Below, piece after piece: positions 14,052 to 25,759 of a stretch of DNA of 64,000 bases. Numbering within the stretch: position 1 is the first letter of the stretch; each line of letters begins with the position of its first letter. This DNA comes from Utricularia gibba (lineage: Eukaryota; Plantae; Magnoliophyta): assembly GCA_002189035.1 (NCBI GenBank), contig NEEC01000013.1:1550001-1614000 (forward strand), read 5' to 3'. A program made the position numbers and the translations under genes. The notes under the pieces were generated by a model. It made no database searches. It was given only the letters and a program-made list of their open reading frames with translations, and was not told the origin of the DNA.

Positions 14052-15664
14052 ATGTCTCCGGCGGACAAGATTCCGTTCCTCGCACTCCTACTCCTGCTAC
14101 TCTCCGTAGCTCCTTCCCACGGTCAGCTCCCTGGAGAATGGCAGCTTCTGGTCGCCGACGCCGGAATAGCCTCCATGCACACGGCGGTTACGCGCTTCAA
14201 CACCGTCGTGCTCCTGGACCGGACACGCATAGGCCCGTCGAGAAAACCGCTACCAGACAACCGCTGCATCGTTAACCCGGTGAATGCTCGCCGGAAAGAT
14301 TGCACCGCTCACTCTGTTCTTCTGGATTTGGAAACGAACGCGATCCGCCCATTGACGATTTACACCGACACCTGGTGCTCCTCTGGCCAGTTCATGCCGG
14401 ATGGAACTCTGATTCAGACCGGCGGCGATTTAGCAGGATTCAGGAAGGTTAGAAGATTTGTCCCCTGCGGAAGGGGGGAATTCTGCGATTGGGAAGAGCT
14501 CGAGGACCCTAAATTGTTTCAGGGGAGGTGGTACGCGACGAATCAGATTCTGCCCGACGGAAGAGTTATAATTGTCGGCGGGAAAACGGCGAACAGTGTG
14601 GAATTCTTCCCGGCGGCGAAGGGTACCATAGCCGCTGTGGATTTTCCTTTTCTAAGTGAAGCTGCCGACAATCAGATGGATAATTTATACCCTTACGTTC
14701 ATCTACTTCCCAACGGAGAACTCTTCATTTTCGCCAACAACAAAGCTATATCCTACAACTATGAAGCAAACGCCATCACCAGAACTTTTCCGGTGCTCGA
14801 AGGCGGCCCTCGGAATTACCCATCTGCTGGTTCCTCCGTGATGCTTGCCCTTACCGGCGATTACTCTTCCGCGACGGTGGTCATCTGCGGCGGAGCAGTT
14901 TATGGGGCGTATTTAGAGAGGACGGTGGATACTCCGGCGAGGGGCACCTGCGGCCGAATTGAGGCTACCGGACAAGAACCCAAATGGGAAATTGAAAGCA
15001 TGCCGTTCGGAAGAATAATGGGAGATATGGTGATGCTTCCCACCGGAGAGGTGTTGATCATAAACGGAGCCCAGGCTGGAACTCAGGGATTTGAATTGGC
15101 TTCAAATCCGTGTTTATTTCCGGTACTCTATCGACCGGAGCAACCGTTGGGGCTCCGGTTTATGACTCTGAATCCTGGTACAGTTCCGAGGATGTATCAT
15201 TCCACGGCGAATTTGTTACCGGACGGGAGAATTTTAATCGCCGGAAGTAATCCCCATTACTTCTACAAATTCACCACGGAGTTTCCTACGGAATTGAGGA
15301 TCGAAGCGTTTTCGCCGGAGTATTTATCGTCGGATAAAGCTAATATACGTCCTTATCTGCTGGAATTGCCGGAAAGGGTCACCTACGGCGCCGCCTTCGA
15401 GGTGTTGGTGACGGTGGAGCTTCCGGTAGTGGATTTGTAGAGGTGAATCTTGCGAGTGCGCCCTTTGCAACCCATTCGTTTTCGCAGGGACAGAGGTTGA
15501 TTAAACTAGCGGTTGAAACCCCGGCGGTGGAAGACGGCGGTCGTTACCGGATAAGATGTGTGGCTCCGCCTACCGGAAAAGTGGCACCGCCGGGGTACTA
15601 CATGCTGTTCGCTGTCAACCTCGGGGTGCCAAGTGTGGCCAAGTGGATGCAGTTGGTAAACTAG
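14052..15664 (+). CDS. GLOX: Glyoxal/aldehyde oxidase (GLOX, galactose oxidase-like copper radical oxidase), with an apparent 1-nt frameshift at ~15431
   Basis: Signal peptide plus TDTWCSSG, RWYATNQILPDGR, NLYP and RMYHSTANLLPDGR motifs. The C-terminal domain (THSFSQGQR...APPGYYMLF) follows in the adjacent frame at 15443-15664; adding one G at GTG GG(G)A TTT joins the two ORFs. Confidence 0.92.
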
Positions 15665-16080
15665 TCCAAAAATGGTCTCATCCAAATCAAATTAAAAGAA
15701 AAAGAAAAAGGAAAAAGAAACAAATTGCACTTCTCCCCTCTTTACAATCTCTTAATTTCGAAACGTGCCCTGTATTTCTTAGTATTTCACAATATGCCCA
15801 CATTTTCTTCGTATTTACAGGAATGTTTGTTTCAGAAATAATTTGCATATTCACCACGGATTCAAGTCTTTATTTCTCCAACATTATCAAAATAATTTTA
15901 GAAAAATGAAAATAAAAAAATAAATGAATTCATGTTACATATGTTAAAAAAATATTCCTACTTGTATTATTATATTCTATTAAATAAAATATATTTTTAA
16001 AATGAAAAATAGATATGTTTGAAGGAGTATTAATTTATTATTTTAAGAAAAAATATATTGATGTTCAAATTCATATCTGT

Positions 16081-16098
16081 TGGGCCTACTATTGGGCT
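16081..16098 (+). promoter_or_regulatory. Two Site II (TGGGCY) elements upstream of the mitochondrial carrier gene
   Basis: TGGGCC at 16081 and TGGGCT at 16093, about 310 nt before the ATG. Site II/TCP elements are typical of nuclear genes for mitochondrial proteins. Confidence 0.5.
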
Positions 16099-16405
16099 TA
16101 TTAATAGGCCTGTTATAAAATAGGACATTTATAAGAATAAGCCCGCGCTAATCAATAAACCCGCCTTGCGATCGTCGTCTTGAATCCGGAGGCGGAGGTG
16201 AAAACCGCCCTCTGTCGATCAACATCGTTAGGAGGACGAGTTGAAGTAATATTCCTTATTCAACTAGAAGAGTTAACTAGGTTTTTTGTTTCCATCGACA
16301 ACTTGGGTGGATATTCGTAGCTGATATGGCTGGATTTGGTAATGGGTGGTGAAGATTTTGAGATATTTCATTCGGATTTGGTTGTTTTGTTTTCTTTGAC
16401 GCTCG

Positions 16406-18233
16406 ATGGATGCTACCGTCTCTGTTGACGGTGGCTCCGCCACGAGGAAGATATTGCATCATCGCCCACAACGGCAATCGCAAGTATCGCAGATTGGTAC
16501 GGTTCAGCAGCTGGTTGCTGGAGGCGTCGCGGGTGCCTTCAGCAAGACGTGCACAGCTCCTCTCGCTCGATTAACGATTTTATTTCAGGTTTTTCTACTT
16601 CTTTTTTTCTAGACTGAATTAAAAAAGGAGGACTTTTTGTTTGTTTTTACAGTCCCATTACTTTATTAGGTGCAAGGAATGCATACAGGTGTGGGGGCGA
16701 TGGAGCGTACTACAATTTGGCGTGAGGCTTTGCGTATAGTGAATGAAGAAGGTTTTTGGTCGTTTTGGAAGGGAAATTTGGTTACAATAATGCATAGGAT
16801 ACCTTATTCTTCGGTCAGCTTCTATGCTTATGAGAAATACAAGAGCGTGAGTATTGTGTAGTCTGTTATCTTGTTATTGATCGTGGATGCCGAAAAGACC
16901 GCATATTCTTATGTTGTGCATGCTTGCAGATATATAACTCAATTCCAACGCTTGCTGTTGCTAGCTGGAACAATCCGCATAGTGAGATTTTCGGGCATTT
17001 TGTCTGTGGGGTTTAGCAGGAATGACGGCCGCAACTGCTACATACCCTCTGGATCTAGTCAGAACACGTCTGGCTGCCCAGGTGCTGCACATTCTAGGCT
17101 TTTTGTAAAAGTGTGTTTGAAAAAAAAAAAAAAAAAGAAGAAGAATCAATTCTTTGGAGCATGTTGGTGAGTGTTGGAATCATGTCTTTTTGTCCCTGCC
17201 ACCGAAGAATTTCATTGTATGTTGGTCCCAAGTGCTATGATCGATGTTTGAAAAAAATAATATTGTTCTCAAGAAGAAGCTCTCTCTTGAACCTTAAAAT
17301 ATGTTTTTTGATTTGAGTTGGATGGTTTAAACTGTACTGAGAAGCAATGATCAAATCGCAATGTATGTGATTGTGTCCTGTTGAATATGTGACGTCTCTC
17401 TTTTTATCCATCTTCTCCGGACTGCGTTGTTGAAATGATTTTGACTGATTGCTCATCTGTGGTTTGTTTGGAAACCTGTAGAGGAAAACAATGTACTATA
17501 AGGGCATAAGGCATGCACTTCATACCATCTGTAGAGATGAAGGTTTTCTTGGTCTGTACAAAGGGCTAGGAGTAACGCTAATGGTACTAATTTGAATTCG
17601 TTCGAAATCCGACGTCTCCAATTTACTTTTTACTGGCCGATCTTATATTAGGCTCATCTGTTCTGGCTTTCAGGGTGTTGGACCTAACATAGCAATAAGC
17701 TTTTCTGTTTACGAGGCATTGAAAACTCAATGTTTGTCTCACAGGTTGGAAGTAACTATCAAGGGCTATTCTTTTTGTTATTTTTTCAGACGCTAGTAAC
17801 TTAACAGTTCCTATTGTATCAGGCCAAACGATTCAACAGTGATAATAAGCCTGCTGTGTGGTAGTCTCTCCGGCATGGCTTCCTCAACAGGTGTGATTTT
17901 CAATTCTTGAAACAAAAAAAATGATCCTTTCCTGGTGCAGCTGCTCCAAATAAAGTTCAGGTCGACATTACTTGGTGAATTGCATATGCAGCAACATTCC
18001 CAATTGACCTTGTAAGACGAAGAATGCAGCTGGAAGGTGCTGCTGGTCAAGCCCGCATATACCACACGGGGTTGTTTGGAACGTTCAGGCAAATAATCCG
18101 CAAGGAGGGTCTGTGTGGCTTGTATAGGGGAATCTTGCCTGAATACTACAAGGTCGTCCCTGGCGTAGGAATCGTCTTCACAACGTACGAGATGTTGAAG
18201 AAGATGCTGTCTTCCAATGGGCCTTTTGGCTAA
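16406..18233 (+). CDS. Mitochondrial substrate carrier family protein (MCF B-like), 7 exons, with an apparent frameshift at 17008-17011
   Basis: Three carrier repeats (AGGVAGAFSKTCTAPLARL; TYPLDLVRTRL; TFPIDLVRRRMQ...GLYRGILPEYYKVVPGVGI). Exon 3 reads HFVCG then a stop unless the GGGG run is one G longer (HFVCGGLAGMTAA). Confidence 0.9.
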
Positions 18234-19023
18234 CCCCCTTGGTAAATGTTCTTAAACTAGGATATACTCATTGGCGTTAGCCTTACTTCAGTAGCCTTTC
18301 CATGTATATAGATTCTTGATGCCTTGTTCTAAGCATCTATGGAGGAAACACATGCGTGATTGATACATGTCAGGATTTGTTTAATAAAGAGTAACATCTT
18401 TTCAAGAAATTTGTTTTGCTGTCTGTAATGTATGTGTTGTGCTTTGTAAATGAAACACAAGGAGATGACAACTCAACTTTATTAGTAATTTATTAGTTCA
18501 ATCCTTGTAAAAAATAATTATTATTTCCCAAAAATTTTAAAATTATTGAATCCAATTTAATCTATTATGTGCTTATTTTGTATTTTGTATTTCTAATTTA
18601 TATTATGTAAAATAAAATAAATTTTGAAATTATGTGAATATAGTCAATTTAATATTATAAAACTGTTTTATGAGATAATATAATATAATATTTATAAAAT
18701 TTTATAATATAAAATATCTATTATAAATTTAATATATTAAATTACTATATAATTTAATTTTATGATATAAATATATATTTTAAATATATAAATAATATAA
18801 TTTTAAATTAATCTATTATTTAACCACTAAAACATATATTCATGAAATTTAATAATTTCACTAGTTAATTCAGAAAACTCAAACTTGCTTAGAAATTCTT
18901 GATTGAACTTATCTTGACATGGAAAAACTCCTTCAAGAATTAATGTAAATTTCTAAATCTATCATGTCAATATGTCTTTCAATAATTCCTTGAATTTGGT
19001 AATCAAATTCAAATCATTATCTA

Positions 19024-20150
19024 TGTTGCATGTCGTTTCCTCAACAAATTTTAAATATTTATAAAACGTAAAACACCAAAAGCGTAGTACGAGTATCGAT
19101 CTCAGGGAGTTGTTTTTCGTGAAAAGTGTTTATAAAAAACTTTCACAAAATGTCACAGTTATGCAAAATGAGGTTTTTGAGATACAAAAATAAAAGTTAC
19201 AACGTAAGTGATGGACCTTGACTACGGGACGCAGTTCCTGGGAATAAGATTCCGTCTCCTTCCTTTGTCAATCTTTGCTTCGATTTTCACTGATTTCTTC
19301 TAAATAGCTGGTTATAGGAGCAATGAATAGGCTACTCTCCCTTACTCTTTGATTGACAAGGAGGCACGGGAATAGCTTCATGTGATTTCCTCTTGAACGA
19401 TTAGGAAGACAAGAAGATTGACTTCGATTGCTTTCATAACCGAATTGCGCGTGCGTGCCCAGTTGTTGCCAATGGCCAGTGGCAGGTCCAAGGTCACAAC
19501 CTGTCCATTGTCGCGGTACCTAGGCCACAAACAATCTGCTACTTTCCTCAATCGGGCAGGGTTGGAGTTGGTGCTCTTCACCTTGATATTCATCAAAATC
19601 CGCGAGGAGTGGCCTGCTACTCATGGACTTTGACTAGGAGTCGTTACAGAAAGACTACAACAATACCCGTGGAAGTATGCAGAATCCAAATTGAATTCAG
19701 CAAAGAACCGACTTGGAATTAAACTTCATCTTCTTCCAGAAACTAAAAGGTTTTTAGCCACAAAGGGGCATGAAAACAGAAACGAAAATTAAGATTAAGT
19801 TTTCTTCCTCCTTGAGGGGAGGAAAAACTCAAAAATTCTAAGTTTAAAAAGAAAATGGCAAAAAGTCCGAAACTAAGTGTTCTAAGTTGCTTTTATATCA
19901 CTCACCACGTGCATTAATTCCTTTGGGTCTCATTCCCATCATTCTTTATGTCTTGCGTGCGTCAGCAGCTTTCATTTCCGTGCAAGTTAGCGCTCAATCA
20001 TTTCTGCAGACTCTGACATGCCGTAAGTCAGGAACCTTGACCAGTGTCAGTCTTCCGACCGCAATCGTTCCAAATCATGTACAAGTCACAAAAAGTCAGA
20101 GTCTGACCACCTGCAATACTCCACGACAGTCTCCTGACATTTCCTGATCA
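19024..20150. mobile_element. Possible degraded solo LTR of an Athila/Tat-like Ty3-gypsy element
   Basis: A ~1.1 kb block of moderate GC in an AT-rich spacer, starting TG and ending CA. It contains gagtatcgatctcagggag, which resembles a motif I recall from Athila-type LTRs. No target-site duplication or coding domain was found. Confidence 0.3.
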
Positions 20151-22011
20151 AAATGCACGAAAAAAGATAGAAAATATACACATAATAAGAAAATAAGATT
20201 TTTCTAAGGAAATACAATTAATTATCAATATAATTTCTAATTGGACGACTTAACACTAGATTAATACATAATAATACCTAATAAATAACTAGAAAATGAC
20301 ACTTAACAATCTATAATTATGATATCATCTACATAGATCACGACTATCATAATTTTATATTTATCTTGTGGAAGTGTGAATAGAGTACCCTCATTTTTTG
20401 TTTTTCTCAAAACCAAAATCAAAGTAGTACTTACACCGAATTTATACTTTTAATAAAACGGTTAAAGATTATAATTTTTAAAAATTAAATAGAATCAATT
20501 TAATAAATTCAGTATAAATAGGATTAAATCTATTCAACTCTTTTGTTAAAATTTATACGCTATGATTCCATTGCCGTACGAGGGTCTAATTAAATTAGAA
20601 GCTCTATGCACGCACATTAATTAAGACCCGGTTCACAATGAGTAAACCGATCTGGGGTTCTATATAAATTATTGCGCCCTGTTCCATTTAGGCCTTTTAA
20701 ATCAAGTAGGTGCCTAGGCATGTTCGAACGTGTCACAACACATGTGTCGATTGACTTACGGATATTATTATAATATATAGTAGTTGTGAAATCTGTGACA
20801 ACAATTCAATTTCACCCGCCTCCTTATCTTTTACTGAGCATTTCACCATCAAAAGCTTCTCGCCACGTGCGCATGTAGAACGTAGTGTTCAGCAGGAGTG
20901 GTCTTGGCCCCTCCCCAAGAAAATAAAAAAAATAATTATTAATTAATAATTATTTAAAAATTTCAATACTAATGGCAAGAACGAAATCAAGGAGATATGA
21001 TGCCCTTATAAATCATAGTATTTCATTCTAATCTTTTAATCATACATATCGTCTAAAGTTTTCAAAGCTTGTTTCGGGCAAATCACGTTTATCCCCAAAC
21101 TCCTAATTATGTGATGATTCATTAGTATTAAAACAAATAATCTCATATCGGGAATTGAAATTAAAATAGCCAAATATACAAAAAAAAAAAATTATAATAA
21201 TTAATTGAATTTAATTTTTTCTAATGTAATCCATGTTTTTCATATATCTGAGCTTTATTTGTACTCGTGAACACCTCGTTTGAACATTGTGAGTCAGGTG
21301 CCCTTCAAAGATTTTCAATCCCATATGAAAGTCATTGTCTAAAGAAATGTGATGATTGAGATAGTAAAAACCTATCTAAATAGAATGATAGAATTAATTT
21401 TGTTTGAGATTTTTTCTTTTAAAAAAAAATACGTAAATTTATGAGGATTGAATATCTATAACGAACCCGTATCATACAAGATTAGTGTAGATTATTCACA
21501 AGGGTAAATAATGTTTCACAGTGGGTGCAATAACAAAAGGACTCAAGGGCTAGGGTAACATCACCACTATTATTTCTTGTTTTGTCCGTACAATGGAGGG
21601 GATGATAAAGGCTATGGAGCCCACTCAGGGGTGTTTCGTCCCTCTCAATCCCCATTAGAAAAATATAATAATATAATAATAAAAATCGACGACGTTGAGC
21701 TCCAACACTGAAAATGCTGAAATCTGCGTACGATTTTTTACCTATGTGCGCGATTCCGAATATGCCCTAGAAAAGGGGAAGGCGTATGGGAGGAGAATGA
21801 AGTGGGGAAGAAGGGTATATTCGTCATTTCCTAGGGGAGAGGATAAGGAAACCCTACAAGAGTTTTGTAATAATAGGGCTCGATGTCTAGAGCACTCTAA
21901 CTCCGACATCCAGCCCTAATTTTTATACAATTTGACCAGCACTCAGATCTGTCGCCAGATCCCAACAAAACTTACTCTGAATCTCTGCTCCTCCTCCTGC
22001 TCCTTGATGAT

Positions 22012-22597
22012 ATGAGCGTCCGTCCTTCCGATCAAGAACCCTCTGAACAGATGATCTCGTGGGGCGGCGGCGTTGGGGCGGGGGGAAAGAGGTCGCTTCT
22101 TCCGGTGCAATTTCTGCAAGAGGGGTTTCTCGAACGCGCAGGCTCTAGGAGGGCACATGAACATACACCGAAAGGATCGCGCCAAGCTGCGGGAGTTCTC
22201 TGAAGAGAATCTGCTGTCTTTGGACATCTCGAAGAGTAATGATTATGATGAGAAGAAGAGATCGGAGGATTTGAAGGAAGAAAGTCGTGTTGCTGATGTT
22301 GTTGTTTCTGCTGCTGTTTCGGTCGAGGAGGAGAATCTGATACCGCTTCTGGGAGACGATCCGGTGATCGGCTGCGATCGGAGGGTTTTCTTGGAGGAGA
22401 ATGGTGAGCTGAGGAAGAGTGTTGTGGGGGAGTTGGATCTTGAGCTTAGGCTTGGGATGGAGCCTCCCGGGTGGAATCAAAGGAGGTGCTGTGACCTGGC
22501 TTTCCGAACATCAATGGCTTCCATGGAGGTTCTGAGCTCTCCATTTGTGTTAAGTGTAACAAGCATTTGCAAATTCGTAATGTCTGATTGGAGGTGA
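22012..22597 (+). CDS. SUPERMAN-like single C2H2 zinc-finger repressor with EAR motif
   Basis: [21 protein letters not shown] (QALGGH finger) and [12 protein letters not shown] motif. The likely ATG (22012) is out of frame with the finger, implying a frameshift in the G-rich 22060-22100 stretch. Confidence 0.85.
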
Positions 22598-23216
22598 TTC
22601 GCATAGGATACAAACTAAGTCGATTTAGTGGAATCCAAACAAGATTTCCCTCACTAAATTGCTCTCGGTTTCTATGACCGAATCCAAGATGAAGAGTCTG
22701 TCAAGATTGTCTGTGCAGTGTATGGAAGGTGAATAACCAAGAACCACAGTTCACAATATGTGTTTCTTCCACCTTTCTTTGCTTCCTCCAAATCCAAGAA
22801 TCTATCTCAGTATACCAAAATCAAACACAGAAGCCATACCCAATATCACCCAAAGACATGCACACTTGTCTGCTCACAGGTACACATGGACCATTCATGT
22901 TCAAAATACTACCATCCTGCACTATCATCTGGAATTCGAACGTAGGACCTTTTCAAATGCTAGCCATTGGTACAGGCAATGCATAAGGGAAGACTGAAAA
23001 CTAAAGAGGCAACCTGAAATCCATGAGGCCCTAAAGGTTCGACGCCCTTACCTTCCCTGGTTCTATCACGCCCCTGGTTAATTCTCATCCAAGGGAAGAA
23101 ACCTCGATAAGGATCACGGAAAGTGAGAGAGATCCAGGTATTGGGAGACTGCTACGAGATGGGATAATGGAAAAATCTATACCAATGCTTCATGAATTTA
23201 TTGTAACAGCGCCTGA

Positions 23217-24278
23217 ATGCACATGTGTGAAAGCTATCTGGAAAACGGTAAAGGCGTCGATATTTCCCTTTCACCATACCAAAAACCCATGTTACCCAAA
23301 GGTGAAATTTCACAAGTTTCACCTTCACATCTTCTCAGGAATAACGAAATGCATGCCATCACCATAACCAAGCTGAAGATCGAACTTGCAGTAGAGGTTT
23401 GGAGCTCGAAAAGGCCCCCAGAGGAGACACTCCTGGTGCTACAACCGAATGCGACCCGAGTTCGAGTTTCGTTGTATTGTTACTACAGATGCACTAAACA
23501 TATACCGGTTTTTGTAGGAAAAAGACAAGAAGAGCCAAAAACACTCGGTGGGTCCGAGGTGAACAGCTGTGACGTGGACCATACATCGAAGAAATTGATT
23601 ACGTGGACAATCTGCGTCAGAAATAAGATTCATTATTTTCAGAACGCCACCAGGAAGTCCAGTTGTTGTTGGGCCTTCAGGCAGGAGCCCAGTCTGCTAT
23701 TCCCATGCCCGATCCCTATGCTGTCGAACATTTACGCAGCGAATGTTGGAGGAATTTTGTTTAGCAGTGCTGAATCTTGTTTTGTGTCTCTGAACTTGCA
23801 GGTTTTTGGGTGGGTCGTGGAGCAAACAAACGTAAGATCAGTGATCAAGAGTTTTGCACACCAACTGTTTGACAAAATTCTTCAAAGGAAGATATGCAGA
23901 ATTTTTCTTCGTTTTTTGGTAGTAACTTACTTCGTCTTCCTATTCGTATCTAGAGTAATTGTCCAGCAGTTTAAAAGGAATCATTCTCAAGTGAAGTTCA
24001 TCGTTTTCCAACAGGGAAATGCTGCGTGTCGTGTGGACTCCCCTCCCAGTCCCCCTCCACCTGTCGTGTTCGCGCTTTTGGGACACATGCGATGCTGCCA
24101 TCCCCCCTTGTTTTCTATCCCGGGGGCTCGGCACCGATGCAGCACCCCTCTTCACCCGGCTCCGATCCATCCCCGCAGTTGCAGACCACGCAGCCTTATT
24201 TTCGTTACCCCAAGCACAGGTACAGCGTTTAATCATGGAATGAAGATTTGGAGACAGCCCCTGGATATCTTGATGTGA
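23217..24278 (+). other. Orphan intronless 353-codon ORF of unknown origin
   Basis: ATG-initiated and stop-free for 353 codons, with one hydrophobic stretch and a Pro-rich tail. No recognisable family motif. Confidence 0.3.
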
Positions 24279-25179
24279 CTGTAGAGCGGTTTCGGGTGGT
24301 GGGTGCGTGGCAGCTAGCTATCCTGATGGAACAAGAGAAGAGGGGTTCGTGAACTTGAATCCAAAACACAGCTCAGAAGACTTTGACATGCCCTACAACA
24401 CATGGGCTGCCTCCCTCCTGCCTGTCCGACATACACACCCTACGCGTTTTCTACCTGTCCGGACAAAAACCCGTCCACCCGGAGCCTCTGGTTCAGTTTC
24501 CTGATTAGCATATGGGATTTCGCCTAAGTTCATAATCACTCGATTATTCCTCATCATTATTGCTATTATAAGCTGGATCATGGATTTTTACTTGGTACAG
24601 TAACAAGGGTGACGTTGGTCGTGTGATGGGACGACTATTACATGTAACATGCAGATATGAATAGCTGGTGGGGGACACATCCATCATCTTGTTAATATCT
24701 AGTATAATATAGAAGATTAATATTTAATTTTATATATTTAATATTCATTTAGAATATTTGATAGTTTAAATTTACACATAAATTGAAATGATTAGATAGA
24801 TAACACTTATAAATAAATATAATCTTAATAGTATCCGAATTGTATAACGAAGTCTGATGATAACTAACTATTTCATCTGTAATTTTATTAATAAATAAAA
24901 GAAAGTATAGTATTTTATAAACCAAGGACTCTTATCTTAGGCTGGGATCAAAATACATGATGTTTCAAATTAATTATCTTTGTTTAATTTAATTGATGGG
25001 GAAAATTAAAACAAATGAGTGTCATAAGTGCTAATGACAAGACGTATATATTATGATCAGGCCTAATGTAGGGATCAGCGGTGCAAAATGAGTAAATTAC
25101 CATCCAGTCCCCGTGGTACCTCCTCCCCGCACCGCCAATACGTACGTACAGGAAAATGACGCGCGATCTGCGATCATGC

Positions 25180-25512
25180 TCAGGAGGCGTAAAATTGGGC
25201 AAGCTCGTCGAGCGATTCCGGCTGGAGATCGGAATTTTCGAGCATCCAAAGGAGGTGCTCGAACAGCACCACCTCGCAGCCGACGGTTATCGACGCGGCG
25301 GCGGCGTCGTGGTGGACGAGTTCTCGGAAAAGCGGATTTTCCAATACATCGGAAGAAATGAGGTACCGCCGCCGCGATTTGCCGACGTAGACGATGTGAA
25401 GATCCTTGGCGGTCGATTCGGATGCCGGAGGGGAGGCGCCGCGGCCGAGCTTCATGAACTGTATTCTCTTGAGAACCGACTTGAGCTTTCCGAGCTTCCC
25501 TCCTTTTGCCAT
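25180..25512 (-). CDS. SAUR: Small auxin-up RNA (SAUR) protein
   Basis: Intronless: MAKGGKLGKLKSVLKR...VYVGKSRRRYLISSDVLENPLFRELV...ITVGCEVVLFEHLLWMLEN. Confidence 0.92.
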   Translation of the reverse strand: MAKGGKLGKLKSVLKRIQFMKLGRGASPPASESTAKDLHIVYVGKSRRRYLISSDVLENPLFRELVHHDAAAASITVGCEVVLFEHLLWMLENSDLQPESLDELAQFYAS

Positions 25513-25759
25513 GTCGTGAGAAACGATGACCAAACCTGTGTGTGTGTGTCCCTATATATATGAACTCCAAAGCAGGTAAATAAATATCCACCGAATTGAA
25601 ATCTATTTGAATCCGACGGCCGACAGGGTTTTTCACCAGAAATTATTATTATAATCCGATAATTAAACAATTTTTAATGGATTTTTAACTCCATTTTTAC
25701 AGATCACGTGTTGCTCAGGAGGGAGGGGGCAATCCCTAAGTGCCAACAATGGCGAAAGA

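Noticed and set aside
23167-23367. HLH and YPK resembling geminivirus Rep motifs
   Set aside because: No motif I or III in the right order and spacing, and no helicase Walker motifs.
25097-25636. Overlapping 179-aa and 135-aa ORFs at the SAUR locus
   Set aside because: GC-rich shadow and antisense frames of the SAUR CDS.
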